Notes under the pieces: model-generated
The model's database searches: none
Seen by the model: the letters and a program-made list of their open reading frames with translations, nothing else
What the model was told of the DNA's origin: nothing
Shown here: positions 29,707-40,185 of the stretch, piece after piece
Position numbering within the stretch: position 1 is the first letter of the stretch
Layout of the letters: each line of letters opens with the position of its first letter
Assembly (NCBI GenBank): GCA_964291675.2
Contig: OZ219866.1
Span: 3,168,001 to 3,232,000 of the forward strand
DNA length: 64,000 nucleotides
From: Alphaproteobacteria bacterium
GTDB taxonomy: Bacteria > Pseudomonadota > Alphaproteobacteria > MPNO01
Direction of reading: 5' to 3'
Made by a program: the position numbers and the translations under genes

Positions 29707-30771
29707 TCAGACGGCGGCGCCGACATCGATGCCCTCGATGTCCAGGAAAGCATCGCCGAACGCCGACTGCCGGCGCTCGGCCTCGCCGACGAAGTCGTCG
29801 AGCGAACCGGCGGGCCTTATGAAGGTATGGGCGCACAAATAGTGCGCCACGCGAATCCGTGCCCAAGGGAGCAGCATTCCCATCGAGAAGACGACGGCGA
29901 GTGCGTTGCTGATGGCGATCCAGACCAGCCTGGGCGGCGCGATCGTCGATTCGAAGCGGTGGCCGCCTTCGAGGGCGGTTCCGGCGTAAATCGCGTTGCG
30001 CGTGAAGGCGCCGTATATCGTGGCCGCGGGAAACAGCGCCACGAACCAGATCGCCGCGGCGACGAACAGCATGAGGATGGTGACGCCGTCGGACGGATCG
30101 CCGGTCTGGAGGTCGAGCATGACCCGCTCCGCCATCCCGCTGTTCAGGATCACCCCGAGGGTCAACGCGATGCCGACGACGGCCCATATGGCGGTGCAGA
30201 GGAACGCGACGTAGAACGGTCCGATCCCGCTGTCGAAGGCGAAGCGGTGCCCGCCCAGCCGATGTCGACCGATTCTGTATCGCGCGGCGGCCCTGGTCAC
30301 GTAGGGAAGTGCCAGATAGAGGCTGAAGAGCGCAAGAAACGGGTAGAGCAGGAACACGAGGAAAGCGGGCCAGTAGCTCCCTTCGAACCGGAAGCGCAGA
30401 TTGGACCAGCTGGTCATTGCCGCGTTGAAGCGCAGCCCCCGATTGATCAGCCAGGGCAGGATCGCCGCGTACAACAGGACCAGAACAGGCACCGCGACCG
30501 GAAGGAAGGTCGAGGCGACGGAATACAGCGCGATCGCCGCGACCACGATGGCGCGGCCGATGAGTATCTGGAGGCCCGCGGCGTGATACGCGAACGGCCG
30601 GCCGTCGATGCTCGTGTTGCCCAGGAAGTACTGCCTGTTTCGCACCTTCGCCCAGGCCGAGTAGACGCCGAGCGTGACGATCGACAGCAGCAGATTGATC
30701 AGCCAGATGCCGAAATATTCCCGGGCGTTGCCGGAGAATTGCACCGGGATCGCCGAAGTTGCAAACTGCAC
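29707..30771 (-). CDS. YjgN/DUF898 family membrane protein (tandem paralog)
   Basis: FSGNAREYFGIWLINLLLSIVTLGVYSAWAKVR. Confidence 0.9.
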   Translation of the reverse strand: MQFATSAIPVQFSGNAREYFGIWLINLLLSIVTLGVYSAWAKVRNRQYFLGNTSIDGRPFAYHAAGLQILIGRAIVVAAIALYSVASTFLPVAVPVLVLLYAAILPWLINRGLRFNAAMTSWSNLRFRFEGSYWPAFLVFLLYPFLALFSLYLALPYVTRAAARYRIGRHRLGGHRFAFDSGIGPFYVAFLCTAIWAVVGIALTLGVILNSGMAERVMLDLQTGDPSDGVTILMLFVAAAIWFVALFPAATIYGAFTRNAIYAGTALEGGHRFESTIAPPRLVWIAISNALAVVFSMGMLLPWARIRVAHYLCAHTFIRPAGSLDDFVGEAERRQSAFGDAFLDIEGIDVGAAV

Positions 30772-30853
30772 GCGCTATTTCTTTCCATGCGGGTGTCCCG
30801 CCTACATGGGGATGGCCGCGAGGCGTGTCAATTGGCCGCCGCGCCGGGCGGGA

Positions 30854-32809
30854 TCAGTGGAACAGCAGCGACGGGTACCAGAGCACCGCGACGATGCGGT
30901 CGAACATGACATAGAGGAAGACCCATCCCGCCGCCGCGTAGATCGCCGCGATCCACCACCGGTAGCGGCCCCAGACCAGGAGGTAGAGGGCGACGAACAG
31001 GGGAAGGGCGACGAGCTGGCCGGCGGCGACGGTGACCGCGAAGAGGCCGATCCACCAGAGATAGAGCTGGCCCACGCGGAAAAGCTCGCGGCCTACCGGG
31101 AAGACCTCGCCGCCCTCGGCGCGGAGGCGGCGGATCTCCCGCGCGCCCTGCCAGAGGGCGACCGCGGCAAGGCAGATCGCCGGGATCATGGTGATCATCG
31201 GGGTCCCGCCGACATCGGCCGGCCAGGCGAAGGTCGGCACCAGCCCGTAGACGCAGGCCGCGAGCAGTATGCCGACCGCGACCATGGACACCGTCGGGTC
31301 GGTGCGCCCGAGATCGGCGACGATGCTGGTTCCCGCCTCCCGCCGCGTCCGGCTCCGCCGGACCGCGAAGACGATGGAAAGCACGATCAGCACGCCGATG
31401 ACCAGGCAGATCGGCCGTCCGAGCCAGGACAGGCCGTCATGCGCCGAGCTGGTGATGAACAGCGCGTTCTCCATGATCGGGCCGATCACGAAGCCCAGCA
31501 CCATCGGCGGGCGCGGCACCCCGCCATGCTTCATCGCGTAGCCGACCAGGCCGAAGACCAGCAGCGCGATCCAGTCGCCGATATTGGAGTTGGCGAGCCA
31601 CGCGCCCATGAACACGAAGAGCACGATCGCCGGCACCACCAGATGTCCCGGCAGGAAGGTCACCCTCGCCACCTGCCGGGCGAGCAGCATCAGCAGCAGC
31701 GCGCCCGCGACATTGGCGATCACCAGCGTCCACATCAGCGAGAAGGTGATGTCGAGCTTGCTGGTCAGCATCTCCGGCCCGGGCGTCATGTCCTGGATCA
31801 TCAGCGCGCCGAGCAGGATCGCCATCGAGGCGCTGCCCGGGATACCGAAGGCGACGGTCGGGATCAGCGCGCCCCCTTTCATCGCGTTGTTGGCGGTCTC
31901 GGGCGCGATCACCCCGCGCACGTCGCCCTTGCCGAACCCTGCCTTGTCCTTCGCGCTCTGCACCACGTGGCCGTAGGCGACCCAGTCGACGATGGAGCCG
32001 CCGAGCCCGGGCAGCATCCCGACATAGGCGCCGATCGCCGTCGAGCGCAGCACCAGCCACCGGTTGCGCCAGGCGTCGCGGATGCCGGTCATCATCCCGC
32101 CCGCCATGCGGTCCTCCGGCACGCGCGAGATCGAGCTGTTGCGGATCGCGAGGTCGATCACCTCCGGCAGGGCGAACAGCCCGAGCACGACCGGGATCAG
32201 CGGCAGCCCCTCCAGCAGATAGGTCGTGCCCAGCCAGTAGCGCGGCACCGCGCCGTTCTCGGCATAGCCGACATAGGAAAGGCCCAGCCCGCAGAGGGCG
32301 GCGAGCAGGCCGCGCAGGATCGAATCGCCCGACAGCGAGCCCACCATGGCGAGGCCGAGCAGGCCCAGCATGAAGAACTCGGCCTGGGTGAAGGAGAGGA
32401 TCAGCGGCTTGACGATGGGGATCGACAGCCCCAGCACCACCGCGCCCAGCAGACCGCCGACGGCGGACACGGTGAACGCCGCGCCGAAGGCGCGCGAGGC
32501 CTCGCCCTTCATCGCCATCGGGTAGCCGTCCAGGATGGTCGCCTGCGAGGCGGCGGTCCCGGGAATGCCCAGCAGCACCGAGGCGATGGTGTCGCTGGTG
32601 GTGGTGACCGCGAACATGCCGAGCAGGAAGGCGAGCGCCGGCACCGGCTCCATCGAGAAGGTGAAGGGCAGCAGGATCGCCATCCCCACCAGCCCCGACA
32701 GGCCGGGGACCGCGCCGAAATAGAGCCCGATGAAGACGCCGAGGAAGAGGTACCCGATGGCCGGCCAGGCGACCACCGATACCAGCCCGCTCAGCGCCGC
32801 ATCGAACAT
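30854..32809 (-). CDS. tctA: Tripartite tricarboxylate transporter permease TctA with fused TctB-like C-terminus
   Basis: GAVPGLSG, GIPGTAASQATILDGYPMA, GVIAPETANNA, GIPGS, followed by ~150 aa of extra TM segments. Confidence 0.88.
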   Translation of the reverse strand: MFDAALSGLVSVVAWPAIGYLFLGVFIGLYFGAVPGLSGLVGMAILLPFTFSMEPVPALAFLLGMFAVTTTSDTIASVLLGIPGTAASQATILDGYPMAMKGEASRAFGAAFTVSAVGGLLGAVVLGLSIPIVKPLILSFTQAEFFMLGLLGLAMVGSLSGDSILRGLLAALCGLGLSYVGYAENGAVPRYWLGTTYLLEGLPLIPVVLGLFALPEVIDLAIRNSSISRVPEDRMAGGMMTGIRDAWRNRWLVLRSTAIGAYVGMLPGLGGSIVDWVAYGHVVQSAKDKAGFGKGDVRGVIAPETANNAMKGGALIPTVAFGIPGSASMAILLGALMIQDMTPGPEMLTSKLDITFSLMWTLVIANVAGALLLMLLARQVARVTFLPGHLVVPAIVLFVFMGAWLANSNIGDWIALLVFGLVGYAMKHGGVPRPPMVLGFVIGPIMENALFITSSAHDGLSWLGRPICLVIGVLIVLSIVFAVRRSRTRREAGTSIVADLGRTDPTVSMVAVGILLAACVYGLVPTFAWPADVGGTPMITMIPAICLAAVALWQGAREIRRLRAEGGEVFPVGRELFRVGQLYLWWIGLFAVTVAAGQLVALPLFVALYLLVWGRYRWWIAAIYAAAGWVFLYVMFDRIVAVLWYPSLLFH

Positions 32810-32881
32810 CGGGATGTCCGGACAGGACACCCGGACGGCATCGCTCCGCCCGGGTGCGTCAGTGCCTCGGGAACGCTTCGG

Positions 32882-33946
32882 CTACTTGCGGCCGATGAGG
32901 TCCTTGAAGAAGGCGACGATCTCGGGCGAGACCTTGCCCGCCGCGTCCACATGCGCCTGCGCCGCTTCCGCGAGGATGATGTTCGGCGGCGCCTTGATCA
33001 CCTTGGTGTAGTCGGCGGCGAAGTCCTTGTCCGTGGCCACGGCGGCCCAGGCCGCGCGCAACGCCTTGACCGCCTCGTCGGGCGTACCCGCCGGGACGAA
33101 GGAGCCGCGCAGCATGCTCACCGACAGGTTGTTGATGAGCTGGAAGGCATCGTACTGCACGCCCGAGGGCGTCTTGCCCTTGAGCTTCCGATAGACGTCG
33201 AGATAGGTCGGGATGCCCTTGAGATGCGGGTTGCGCACCTCCTTGCCGTCCGCGCCGACCGCCGAGTAGTACCACAGCGCGATGGCGTGGCCGGGCTGGA
33301 TCAGGTTGGGCTCGACGTTCTTGCGGAAGCCGGGCACCGAGCCGCAGGAGAACTGGGTCTCGTTCTGCATCACGCCCGCGACCACCTTGGCGAGACCCTT
33401 GTAGCCGGTGACGTATTTGTAATCCGCGCCCAGCAGGTCGAGCGCCATGCGGAAGCGGAGATCGTGCGACGACGTGACCCGCATGCCGGCGGCCTTGAAC
33501 CCCTTGATCTTCAGCAGGTCGTCGACCTTGCTCACGCCCGCGTCCTTGCGGATGTAGCACACCTGCGGGTGGCCGATGCCGGCGAGCCAGACGAACTTGG
33601 AGAAGTCGACGCGCAGCCCGGGGTCCTGGAGCACCTGCGAGATCAGCGGCGGGGTGAAAATCGCGAGCGACAGCCCGTCCGGCCTGGCGACCTGGCCCAT
33701 GTAGTTGGACCCGGTGATGCCGCCCGCGCCGGGGACGTTCTTCACGATGATATCGGGGTTGCCCGGGATGTGCTTGCTCAGATGCTTGGCGACCAGCCGG
33801 CCCTCGATGTCGGTCGGCCCGCCCGCCGAGTAGTTGATCAGGATGGTGATGCGCTTGCCCTTGTAGAACTGCGCCTCCGCCGCGCCGGCAAGGCCGATCA
33901 CGGCGGCAACCGCGCCCGCCAGAGCTACGCTCAGCAGTCGTTTCAT
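32882..33946 (-). CDS. tctC: Tripartite tricarboxylate transporter substrate-binding protein (Bug/TctC)
   Basis: Signal peptide, YSAGGPTD..GR, NVPGAGG, PDGL. Confidence 0.85.
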   Translation of the reverse strand: MKRLLSVALAGAVAAVIGLAGAAEAQFYKGKRITILINYSAGGPTDIEGRLVAKHLSKHIPGNPDIIVKNVPGAGGITGSNYMGQVARPDGLSLAIFTPPLISQVLQDPGLRVDFSKFVWLAGIGHPQVCYIRKDAGVSKVDDLLKIKGFKAAGMRVTSSHDLRFRMALDLLGADYKYVTGYKGLAKVVAGVMQNETQFSCGSVPGFRKNVEPNLIQPGHAIALWYYSAVGADGKEVRNPHLKGIPTYLDVYRKLKGKTPSGVQYDAFQLINNLSVSMLRGSFVPAGTPDEAVKALRAAWAAVATDKDFAADYTKVIKAPPNIILAEAAQAHVDAAGKVSPEIVAFFKDLIGRK

Positions 33947-33968
33947 CGTCGTCTCTCCCCTTGATGTA

Positions 33969-34817
33969 TCAGTCCCGCTGGTCGGACAGCATCGTCCCCA
34001 GCTTGAACGGCTCGAAGGTCGGCTTGTAGCTCTTCTCGTCGAGGAACTGGCGCAGCCCGGTGTTGTAAGAGTCCTCGGCGTCGCCGACCTTGATCGACTG
34101 GCCCTTGGCGGCGAGGTAGTCGTAGGCCTGGTCGAAATCCATCGTGCGCACCTGGCGCACCGCCTGTTTGGTCGCGCGCAGCACCGCCGGGCTCTTCTTC
34201 ATCAGCTTCCCGGCGAGCTTGACGGTCTCCGCCTCCAGCTCGTCGTCCGGCACGGCGTAGTTGACCATGCCGATGCGCGCCGCCTCGTCGCCGTCGAACG
34301 GATCGCCGAGGCAGGCATAGTAGAGCGCGTGGCGGGGCAGCACCGCGTCGGAGATCGCCTTGGCGACCAGCGCGCCCGGCAGGATTCCCCAGTTGACCTC
34401 GGACAGCGAGAAGGTCGCGCTCCTGGCGGCGATCGCGAAATCGGCCGCCAGCAGCTGCATGAACGCGCCGCCCACGCAATAGCCGTGGATCATCGCGATG
34501 GTCGGCTTGTCGTAGTTGTAGAGCCGCTGCCAGCGCCAGCTATTGGCGTGGCGCTGCGCCTTCTTGCGCTCGAAGGGGTCGTTCTCCAGCTCGCGGAAGA
34601 ATTTCTTCAAGTCCTGGCCGGCGCTGAAATTGCCGCCCGCGCCGGTCACCACGATCACCCGCGCATCCGCGTCGGTCTCCAGCCGGCCGAGCGCGTCGTC
34701 CATGTCGTAGTGGAGCTGCGGGCTCATCGCGTTGCGCTTCTCGGGACGGTTCATGATCGCCCAGGCGATGCCGTCCCGCAGCTCGACCTTGACGCATTCG
34801 TAGTTGTAATCGGCCAT
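33969..34817 (-). CDS. ech: p-hydroxycinnamoyl-CoA hydratase/lyase (crotonase family)
   Basis: NRPEKRNAMSP, AGQDLKKFFRE, KPTIAM, LSEVNWGILPG, YDYLAAK, GLRQFLDEKSYKP resemble HCHL/Ech. Confidence 0.85.
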   Translation of the reverse strand: MADYNYECVKVELRDGIAWAIMNRPEKRNAMSPQLHYDMDDALGRLETDADARVIVVTGAGGNFSAGQDLKKFFRELENDPFERKKAQRHANSWRWQRLYNYDKPTIAMIHGYCVGGAFMQLLAADFAIAARSATFSLSEVNWGILPGALVAKAISDAVLPRHALYYACLGDPFDGDEAARIGMVNYAVPDDELEAETVKLAGKLMKKSPAVLRATKQAVRQVRTMDFDQAYDYLAAKGQSIKVGDAEDSYNTGLRQFLDEKSYKPTFEPFKLGTMLSDQRD

Positions 34818-34896
34818 GACCCCTCCTTAGGACGTTCCGTCGTCGCGACCCCAAAAGCTTATCGGAGCGTGGCGGGGAGGCAAACCAGGGTAGAGC

Positions 34897-36054
34897 TCAC
34901 CCGCCGTATTCCCGCAACACGCGCCGCGCCAGCGCCATCTTGAGGATCTCGGTCGGGCCCTCGGTGATCACGAAGCTCCGCTGGTCGCGCCACATGCGCT
35001 CGATCGGCAGGTCGGTGGTGAGCCCGATGCCGCCATGGATCTGGAGGCAGCGATCCGCCGCCTCGAAGGACCGGGTGTCGCCGAGATACTTGCACATATA
35101 GGCCTCGTAGCGGACGTCCTCGCCGCGATCGGCCTTCCAGGCGGCGTGGTGGACCATCAGCCTCAGCCGGTGCAGCTCGGCATAGGTGTCGACCAGCATC
35201 CACTGCACCGCCTGGCGCTCGGCGAGCTTCTCGCCGAAGGTGACGCGCTGCCCGGCGTAGGAGGCGCCGAGCTCGAGGCAGCGCTCCATCACCCCGATGC
35301 CGCGCGCGCCGTGGCGGATCCGTCCCGCGCTGATCCAGTTCTGCGCGAACCTGAAGCCGTCGCCCTCCTCGCCGATGCGGTTCTCGACGGGAACCCGCAC
35401 CTCCTCGAAGGCGATCTCCCACGGCCGGTCGTCCATCATCGTTTCCTGCGGGCGCAGCAGCGTCACCCCGGGCGTGTCCATGTCGACGAGGAACGCGGAG
35501 ATCCCGCCGCGCGAGCCCTTGGCGCGGTCGGTGGCGGCGAACACCTGGGCGAAATCCGCCTCGTCGGCGCCGGTGATGAAGCGCTTGGTGCCGTCGATCA
35601 CGTAGTAGTCGCCGTCGCGCACGGCAGTCGAGCGCATGGCGCCCGGATCGCCGCCCGCGTCGGGCTCGGTCTGGGCGAAGCAGGCCTTCTTCTCGCCGGC
35701 GACGACCGGCAGCAGATAGCGCTCCTTCTGCGCTGCGTCGAGGAAGTAGAGGATCGGGCTCACCGCCGGTCCGAAGATGCTGGCGTTGCGCGAGGGGAGC
35801 GCGATGGTGCGGCCGAGCTCGGCCCACACCACGGCGCGGGCCAAGAGCCCGAGCCCGAGCCCGCCATATTCCTCCGGCACGTCGTAGAGCCAGAGCCCGA
35901 GCGCCTTCGCCTTGTCCTCCAGCACGGCGCGCACGTCCGGCTTGAGCTTGCCGCCCTCGCAGGTCTCGCGCTCGATCGGGATCAGCTCGCGGTCGACGAA
36001 GCGCCGCACCGTCTGCTTCAGCATCGCGAGCTCTTCCGGCAGGTCGAAATTCAT
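34897..36054 (-). CDS. Acyl-CoA dehydrogenase family protein
   Basis: VPEEYGGLG, FAQTEPDAG, GTKRFIT, QIHGGIG, ITEGPTEI. Confidence 0.93.
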   Translation of the reverse strand: MNFDLPEELAMLKQTVRRFVDRELIPIERETCEGGKLKPDVRAVLEDKAKALGLWLYDVPEEYGGLGLGLLARAVVWAELGRTIALPSRNASIFGPAVSPILYFLDAAQKERYLLPVVAGEKKACFAQTEPDAGGDPGAMRSTAVRDGDYYVIDGTKRFITGADEADFAQVFAATDRAKGSRGGISAFLVDMDTPGVTLLRPQETMMDDRPWEIAFEEVRVPVENRIGEEGDGFRFAQNWISAGRIRHGARGIGVMERCLELGASYAGQRVTFGEKLAERQAVQWMLVDTYAELHRLRLMVHHAAWKADRGEDVRYEAYMCKYLGDTRSFEAADRCLQIHGGIGLTTDLPIERMWRDQRSFVITEGPTEILKMALARRVLREYGG

Positions 36055-38111
36055 CGCCGCGCGGTCTCCCTGATATCGACCGCCCGCACGCCGTCGCCCT
36101 CGGCGAGCACCGTCAGCGGGTTGATCTCGAACTCGGCGAGGCGGTGGCGCATGCCGGGGAACAAATCCGCGGCGGCCAGCATCGCGGCGACCAGCGCGTC
36201 GACATCGCGCGGCGCCTGGCCGCGGAACCGGCCCAGCAGCGCGGCTGCGCGAAGCGAGCCCAGCATGCCGCGCGCCTCCGCCTCGTCGATCGGCAGCAGC
36301 CGGAAGGCGAGGTCGCGCAGCACCTCCACATGGATGCCGCCGAGCCCGGCTGCGATGACCGGGCCGAATTGCGGGTCGTCCCTGAGACCGACGAAGAATT
36401 CGAGCCCGTCGACCATCTCCTGCACCAGGAACCCGTCGAGCCGCGCGCCCGGACGGGCGTCCTCCAGCCGCGCGGCCATCCGCGCCGCCGCGCGCGCGAC
36501 GGCATCCGCGTCGCCGAGCCCGAGCGCGACGGCGCCGACCTCCGTCTTGTGGACCGCCTGCGGCGAGACGATCTTGAGCGCCACCGGATAGCCGATCTCG
36601 TCGGCGAGCGCTGCCGCCTCGGCGGCGGTCGCGGCGCGCCCGCCTCGCGGACCCGGCACCCCGGCGGCGGCGAGCAAATCGGCAACCGGTTCCGGCGAGG
36701 GTACGATCTCAGGCCGGGCGGGGAGGCCGCGCCGCCGGCGTTCGGCATAGCGCCCGAGCGCCTTCAGTGCGCGCACGGTCTCCGGCAGGCCGTGCAGGAA
36801 GGGAACCCCCGCCGCCGCCTGGAATTCGCGCCCCGGCCCGGTCACGTTCTGGCCCATCCGCCCATGCGCCACCACCGAGGCCGCGCCTTGTGCCGCCGCC
36901 GCGAACACGCCGGGGTCGCCGCGCTCGCCGTCCTCCGCCGGGAGCTGGCCCTGCATCGACAGGATGTCGACCCCGGGGTCGTCGGCGATCGCCCGGCAGA
37001 TCTTGCGGAAATCGTCCTGCCGGCCGGCCAGCCCGGCGCCGCCGTCGAGCGGGTTGCCGGGGCGGAGCCCGCGGTCGAGCAGCGGCGCGATGGCCGCCGC
37101 GGTCTCCGCGCCGAGCTCCGCCACCGGCAACCCGGCCTCGCTCGCATAGTCGAGGAACAGCCCGGTCGCCCCGCCCGAATACCCGGCGAAGGCGACCCTC
37201 GGCCCCTTGGGCAGGCGCACGGTGCAGAACATCAGCGCGGTCTCGATCAGATCGTCGAGCCCGTGACAGCGCGAGATGCCGTAGCGGTCGCAGACCGCGT
37301 CAAAAATGTCGTCGTCGCCCGCCACCGCCCCGGTATGGCTCTCGGTCGCCGCCCGCCCGCGCTCGCTCGCCCCGGTCTTGACGGCGACGATGGGCTTCCC
37401 CGCCGCGAGCGCCTTTTCGGCCGCCGCCATGAACGCTTCGGGGCGGCGGATGCCCTCCAGCATGCAGGCGATCACCCGCGTGCCGGGATCGTCGACCAGG
37501 AAGGCGATGTAGTCGGCCGCGTCGAGGTCGAGCTCGTTGCCGCTGGAGACCGCGTAGCTGAAGCCGAGCCCGCGCACCGCCCCCTGGCCGAGCCAGTACT
37601 GGAAGGTGCCGCCCGACTGGAAGACCACGCCGACCCCGCCCTTGGGCAGCGCGCGCACCCGTTCCGCCGGGTAGAACAGGTTGGACTCGGGCAATCCCAG
37701 CGCGCCCATGCAGTTGGGACCGCAGACCCGGAGCCCGCGTTCGCAGAGCGCGGCCAGCGCCCGCGAACGCTCTCCCCCGGCCTCGTCCCCGCCCTCGCCG
37801 AACCGGGCGGCGAAGACCAGCGCCGTCTTCAGCCCGTGGTCGAGCCCCTCGGCCAGCGCGTCGGCGACGCGTTCCGCCGGGATCAGGGTGAGCGCGAGGT
37901 CGACCGGCTCCGGCAGGCTCGCGAAGGACGGGTGCACCTCGCGGCCCCACAGAAGGTCGCGCCGCGGGTTGATCAGATAGACCGGAACCGGGAAGCCGGC
38001 ATGCTCCAGATTGGCGTAGATCGCCCGCGGCCAGCCCCCCGCGCCGCTGTCCGAGGCACCGACGATGGCGATGGAGCGCGGCCTGAAGAGCTGCTCGACC
38101 GATCTGAACAC
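36051..38111 (-). CDS. Acetate--CoA ligase family (ADP-forming acyl-CoA synthetase)
   Basis: PRSIAIVGAS, GPNCMG, QSGG, SSGNE, SHTGA, NPLD, HKTEVG, EINPL. Start uncertain (38111 or 38153). Confidence 0.9.
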   Translation of the reverse strand: MFRSVEQLFRPRSIAIVGASDSGAGGWPRAIYANLEHAGFPVPVYLINPRRDLLWGREVHPSFASLPEPVDLALTLIPAERVADALAEGLDHGLKTALVFAARFGEGGDEAGGERSRALAALCERGLRVCGPNCMGALGLPESNLFYPAERVRALPKGGVGVVFQSGGTFQYWLGQGAVRGLGFSYAVSSGNELDLDAADYIAFLVDDPGTRVIACMLEGIRRPEAFMAAAEKALAAGKPIVAVKTGASERGRAATESHTGAVAGDDDIFDAVCDRYGISRCHGLDDLIETALMFCTVRLPKGPRVAFAGYSGGATGLFLDYASEAGLPVAELGAETAAAIAPLLDRGLRPGNPLDGGAGLAGRQDDFRKICRAIADDPGVDILSMQGQLPAEDGERGDPGVFAAAAQGAASVVAHGRMGQNVTGPGREFQAAAGVPFLHGLPETVRALKALGRYAERRRRGLPARPEIVPSPEPVADLLAAAGVPGPRGGRAATAAEAAALADEIGYPVALKIVSPQAVHKTEVGAVALGLGDADAVARAAARMAARLEDARPGARLDGFLVQEMVDGLEFFVGLRDDPQFGPVIAAGLGGIHVEVLRDLAFRLLPIDEAEARGMLGSLRAAALLGRFRGQAPRDVDALVAAMLAAADLFPGMRHRLAEFEINPLTVLAEGDGVRAVDIRETARR

Positions 38112-38251
38112 GTCGACTCCGCCGGGACCGCGACCGGAGGCCAGTATCGGCACCGCCCTTCGGGCGTCAACCGGCGGCGGGCGTTCCTGGCTCGACGCCC
38201 GAGGGTCTTGAGCGTATCCGGTTCGGGTGGAACCGCCGACGCGGCCGGGAC

Positions 38252-38361
38252 CGTCCTTCGATACGCCCCCTTCGGGGGCTACTCAGGATGAGGAGGCGGT
38301 TGGTAGGCCGCAACCAAATTCCCTCATCCCGAGTAGGCGCGAAGCGCCGTATCGAGGGACG
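38252..38361. repeat. Inverted REP-like pair, class 2
   Basis: CGTCCTTCGATACG...TACTCAGGATGAGG followed by CCTCATCCCGAGTAG...CGTATCGAGGGACG. Confidence 0.7.
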
Positions 38362-38483
38362 CGGCGCCGCATCGGTTCTACCTGAAACGGACACGCTCTA
38401 GACTGACGGGCGGAGGCCCGGATGAAGGTAGCACCGAGCGCTGGCGGCGCTGCAAGCTGACCAGTTGACGCGGCTGCGGGCCG

Positions 38484-40133
38484 ATGGAGCGGGACATGGA
38501 CGGGATCGAGGCGGTGGATCTGCTCTGCGTGGGCTCGGGGCTGGCCGGGCTCGCGGCGGCGCTCGCCGGCGCGGGGGGCGGGCTAAGAGTTTGCGTCGTC
38601 GAGAAATCGGCCCGCATCGGCGGCGGCAGCGCCATGTCGTCCGGCGGGGTGTGGATCGGGGCGAACCATCACCAGGCGGCGCACGGCCTGTCCGACAGCA
38701 AGGAGGAGACGCGCGCCTATCTCGAATTCATCGCCGGCGGGGCGTCGGTTCCCGAGAACCTCGCGGCGCTCGCCGACAGGTCCGACGAAGCCCTGGGGGC
38801 GTTCGAGGAGCTGGGCGTGTCGCTCCTGCTGCGCCCCCGCGTGCCGGACCAGTTCTACCCCCAGGCGCCGGGCTCGACTTCCGCCGGCCGGTCCTTGAAC
38901 GCCGCGCCGATCGCCCGCGCCGAGCTCGGCGCGTGGTCCGACCTGCTCCAGGACAACCCCTATTTTCCGCCCGGCATGTCGAGCACCGACATGGTCGCCT
39001 GGGGCGGGCTCGGCAGCATGAAGGACTGGGACCCCGACCTCCTGCGCGAGCGGGCCGAGAGCGGCCGGCTCGGCACCGGTCAGGCCATCGTGGGCCAGTT
39101 CCTGGCCGGGCTGAGACGCGCGGGCGTGCCCATCCTGACGGAGTTCGAGGCCGGCTCGCTGATCCTCGACGACGGAAGGGTGGCGGGAGTTCGCGGCCGG
39201 CACGCCGGCCGCCCGGCGGAGATCGCGGCGAGACGCGGCGTCGTGCTGGCGACCGGCGGCTATGAGAGCAACCCGGATCTGGTGGCGCGGTTCGAAGGCG
39301 TGCCCGGCTGGCGCTCCATGTTCCCGGCCTCGATCACCGGCGACGGGATGACCATGGCGAGCGAGATCGGCGCCGCCATCCACCGGGTGCCCGAGAATTT
39401 CTTCTTCTTTCTCGGCTACGACATCCCGGCCGAGCGGCAGGGCGAGCCGGCGCGGTTCCGCATGACCGGCTTCACCGAGCTCAGCTATCCGCATTGCATG
39501 GTGGTCAACCGGGCGGGGCGCCGGTTCTTCGACGAATCGAGCTTCCAGAAGGGGGTGAGGGCGATCAAGGCGTACGACCAGGCGAAGCGCGAGTTCGCCA
39601 ACCTGCCCTGCTTCATGATCTTCGACAGCCGGTTCCAGCAACGCTACTCCTTCGCCGGACGGCCGCCGGGCGCGCCGGCGCCGGAGTGGCTGGCGCGCGC
39701 CGATACGCTCGCCGGACTCGCCGCCGGGCTCGGCATCGACGCATCGGCGCTCGACGAGACCGCCGCCCGCTTCAACCGCGGCGCCGCCGAGGGCCGCGAT
39801 CCCGAGTTCGGCCGCGGCGAGTTCCTGTGGATCCAGGTGCTGTCGGGCGACAGCGCGCATCCGATCCACCCCAACCTGGCGCCGGTCTCCGAGCCGCCGT
39901 TCTACGGCGTCCGCCTGCATCCCAGCGGGTCGAGCTCCGCCGGCCTGCTGACCGACGCCGACGCAAGGGTGCTGCATGTGCGCGGCCACCCCATCGCCGG
40001 GCTCTATGCCTGCGGCGGCGCCGCGGCGCAGACCGATTTCGGGGTCGGCTACCAGGGCGGGCTGCTGCTGGTGCGCGGCATGACCTTCGGCTATCTCGCC
40101 GCGCGCCACGCCGCCTCGGCCGGCGGCGATTGA
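38484..40133 (+). CDS. FAD-dependent oxidoreductase, 3-ketosteroid-delta1-dehydrogenase-like family
   Basis: VGSGLAG, GGGSAMSSGGVW, GVVLATGGYE, GRDPEFGRG, PPFYG, IAGLYACG, GMTFGYLAA. Confidence 0.85.
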   Translation: MERDMDGIEAVDLLCVGSGLAGLAAALAGAGGGLRVCVVEKSARIGGGSAMSSGGVWIGANHHQAAHGLSDSKEETRAYLEFIAGGASVPENLAALADRSDEALGAFEELGVSLLLRPRVPDQFYPQAPGSTSAGRSLNAAPIARAELGAWSDLLQDNPYFPPGMSSTDMVAWGGLGSMKDWDPDLLRERAESGRLGTGQAIVGQFLAGLRRAGVPILTEFEAGSLILDDGRVAGVRGRHAGRPAEIAARRGVVLATGGYESNPDLVARFEGVPGWRSMFPASITGDGMTMASEIGAAIHRVPENFFFFLGYDIPAERQGEPARFRMTGFTELSYPHCMVVNRAGRRFFDESSFQKGVRAIKAYDQAKREFANLPCFMIFDSRFQQRYSFAGRPPGAPAPEWLARADTLAGLAAGLGIDASALDETAARFNRGAAEGRDPEFGRGEFLWIQVLSGDSAHPIHPNLAPVSEPPFYGVRLHPSGSSSAGLLTDADARVLHVRGHPIAGLYACGGAAAQTDFGVGYQGGLLLVRGMTFGYLAARHAASAGGD

Positions 40134-40185
40134 CGCGCGTTCCGGGCGGGGCCGATAATCGGGAGACGGGAGGGCGATTGCCGGG

